Shown piece after piece: positions 61,602-64,000 of a stretch of 64,000 nt of DNA; within the stretch, counting starts at the first letter, position 1, and the number at the start of each line of letters is the position of its first letter. The DNA is from Paraphysomonas bandaiensis. Taxonomy: Eukaryota > Protista > Chrysophyceae. The translations under genes were made by a program, and so were the position numbers. The DNA is taken from contig CBFFRP010000115.1 of assembly GCA_965644295.1 (NCBI GenBank), positions 70,754-134,753 of the forward strand, written 5' to 3'. The notes beneath the pieces were generated by a model. The model was not told where the DNA came from, searched no databases, and saw only the letters and a list, made by a program, of their open reading frames with translations.

Positions 61602-62476
61602 ATGTTTATCCATACTATCCTTCTTACTACTTATCTTACTACAGTAGTATCCATATCCCCCATATACGATCATACACTCCATGCTCCTAATAAGAAGGAG
61701 AAGCCAATCAACTTGAAAACATTCATATATATACACACAATTCAACACAATTTCATATAGAAGAACACAATGATCATAACATTCAACATACTCTTCATGG
61801 TCGTTCATTAAAAATGAAAGATAACTTTGTGTCATATGGCATATATCTGGATACTGATTGTCAACATGCTGTACAAGAAGTATATACACTTGTAAACTAT
61901 TGTATTAATAGAGTTAATTCACATACTGAATATTCTGTTATTTACAAAATTAACAAAAAACAATTTACTTATGTGGAGTTAACATATGATGGATTCGATT
62001 GTACAGGTATCCCCAGTAAGGTGGAGTCTTTAAGTACATACTTTCCAGAGCTCCAAGATTATGGAAATTGTTTTTATTCAAATGCTTTCGGAGCATATGC
62101 TAAGGTGGATTATTTGTCAACTTACCCAATGATGCCTGAGACCTCTACTACTGACAAAACTGGCTTTTGGTATGAAGAGTCTGCTTTGGGACTAAACTGT
62201 GAAGATCACAAAAACTACATATATGCATACTATGTCGGAGAGTCTCCCGTTCAAATTGAGTGTCATGCCGATGGCACAGGTTCTCGTAGTGTTCGCTGTG
62301 ACGGTTCTACTCAGCGTTATGGCACTTACCAATTCGCAACAAGTGATTGCACAGGGGACAGTACTTTTATTGCTTATACTGAGCCTGGCTGCCATGAAGA
62401 TGAGCCCGATGAGGACGACCATACATACCAAAAAACGGAGAACTATTTCTGCGTACCACCCACCATGACTGCTTAG
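61602..62476 (+). CDS. Secreted Cys/Tyr-rich protein related to 58839-59735; 5' end uncertain (apparent frameshift near 61690)
   Basis: Main frame is open 61694-62476 with YGIYLDTDC, TYDGFDCTG and YQFATSDCTG modules. A signal-like ATG at 61602 lies in another frame. Confidence 0.65.
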
Positions 62477-64000
62477 TCATATGTTTTACGTACTTGGATA
62501 ACTTGGTCTCGTGCAGAAGCACTCGAACATATGCTTTTTAATCATACGTATCACACAATCATTGTTTCACCACATATAATCACATCAAATTTCACACTCA
62601 AAATAACATGTTGGGCCTAAACGCTAAGTAGGTATATATGGTGATGCATGTATACCATTTTGAGTTTGGAAAAACTAATATTGGAAAAATTTTATAAGTT
62701 GAATGCACTACCAGTATGTGTTGCATTAAGATGATTTGGATATACTTCATCTATATTTATATTCGTGTAAACCGGTAATAATTATGATTGGGGTATACCA
62801 TCTGAATCAGCCTTCGTAGAAAAAGTGAATAACTTCAATTAACATCGTTTGTCAAATAAACAAGTGCCAATGTGCAAACTTGCTATACCAACTAAAATTA
62901 TATTGATTATTATATTGATAATTGACATTTTTTCAACGCTACCATACGTATACCAGCAATACAAAATTTGGGATGAGATCTCAATACGTTGAAATCTTTG
63001 GTCGATATCGCCAGGGCAAGGGAAAATATACTCCAACAGCATTATTGTAACCATGCTAGCTTCCCGATATTACTAATACTATTCTAACAGTTCCAGCAAT
63101 GCAACCTAATCGGCATCTAAATGACACAGATGTGAATACAGGCTAGCATCTCATAAAAGGGTACAATTCGCAGAGAAATGTTGTGTTCATATCCCATATG
63201 ACTTTTTTTCATCATTTTATGATTTTGATAGTGAAGTGATCATGATGCCTCCCCTTAAGACAGCATCACACACACATCAAGTAATGACCATACGATGCTC
63301 TCACCTCAATAACAACACACGATCAGCGTAAGTTCATGTGACCATATGCATATCTCATAACTTATATTAGGCCTAACAAGAGGGAAGAGAGAGCACTCAT
63401 ATCCATCGGATGAGAATCACAGAGATGAGCACACAGCAAGAGGAAGGGAGGACGAGACTCCTCTCTGAATCCTCAAGGACTGAGGAACAGCGATCAGAGT
63501 AATTTATTGGATCTGGAGAGAGAGGGGGCCGAAAGGCGCTGTGCAGTCAGCATATTCAGACTGCTTCGACGGTCTCTGTTCACACCAGCACAGAGCAGCG
63601 CACACACGCAGCTGATATGACTGCGAATGAGATCTGCCATCAGATATCTGTCTATTCATTTATTTGGTATCCCTCTAATAGCGTTTTGGTGTGAGTTTGA
63701 TGTCATCGGAGGTGTTATGTCGAGGTAACGGCGTTGCATAGATTTTGACTATGCCTTGTAATATACGTTGAATACAGACGTAATATCACACCTATTTCAA
63801 TAACCGTTGTGGCAACCGCGTACGAAAGAACTGTGGAGGGGTGGATGGAAGTTGGTATGCAGAAGAAGCTCAAGGCGAGGGAGAACAAGTTATCTTGAGG
63901 GGATTAACGGAAGCGGCAGGAAGTGCCTATATCATGCCTTTCGCTCTGGGTCTCTCTGTGACAACAGAGACCACAGAACTTGTCAATGAGTGACAGCAGG

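Noticed and set aside
63360-64000. GC-richer, coding-looking patches at the window end
   Set aside because: No consistent frame or motif, and truncated by the window edge.

Overview
This window is intron-rich eukaryotic nuclear DNA with short GT-AG introns (mostly ~45-190 nt). It is most likely from a flagellated stramenopile, probably chrysophyte-like; this is inferred from a SIG/mastigoneme-type EGF protein with (PTGQ)n repeats and a chitin synthase. About 17 protein genes can be supported. The recognisable ones are chitin synthase, TRM112, methylmalonyl-CoA mutase, SmB, NDUFB9, a secretory cyclophilin, a DUF218 protein and an acylated F-box/LRR protein. Less familiar ones are a CIP2A-like protein, a ~1,950-aa LRR + Sfi1-like protein, a Cys-rich/HAD fusion, two secreted Cys-rich proteins and a head-to-head pair of small basic proteins. 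Mobile DNA includes a 5.06-kb Gypsy/chromovirus-like LTR element (apparently identical 387-bp LTRs, 4-bp TSD, no RT), hAT-type MITEs, a piggyBac-like fossil, and a ~500-bp dispersed repeat in about 9 copies or fragments. The most striking signal is that the LTR element has no tRNA primer-binding site. Instead it has an 11-nt LTR segment complementary to the sequence just after the 5' LTR, which matches Tf1-style self-priming geometry. All gene models and family assignments were made by eye without database searches.
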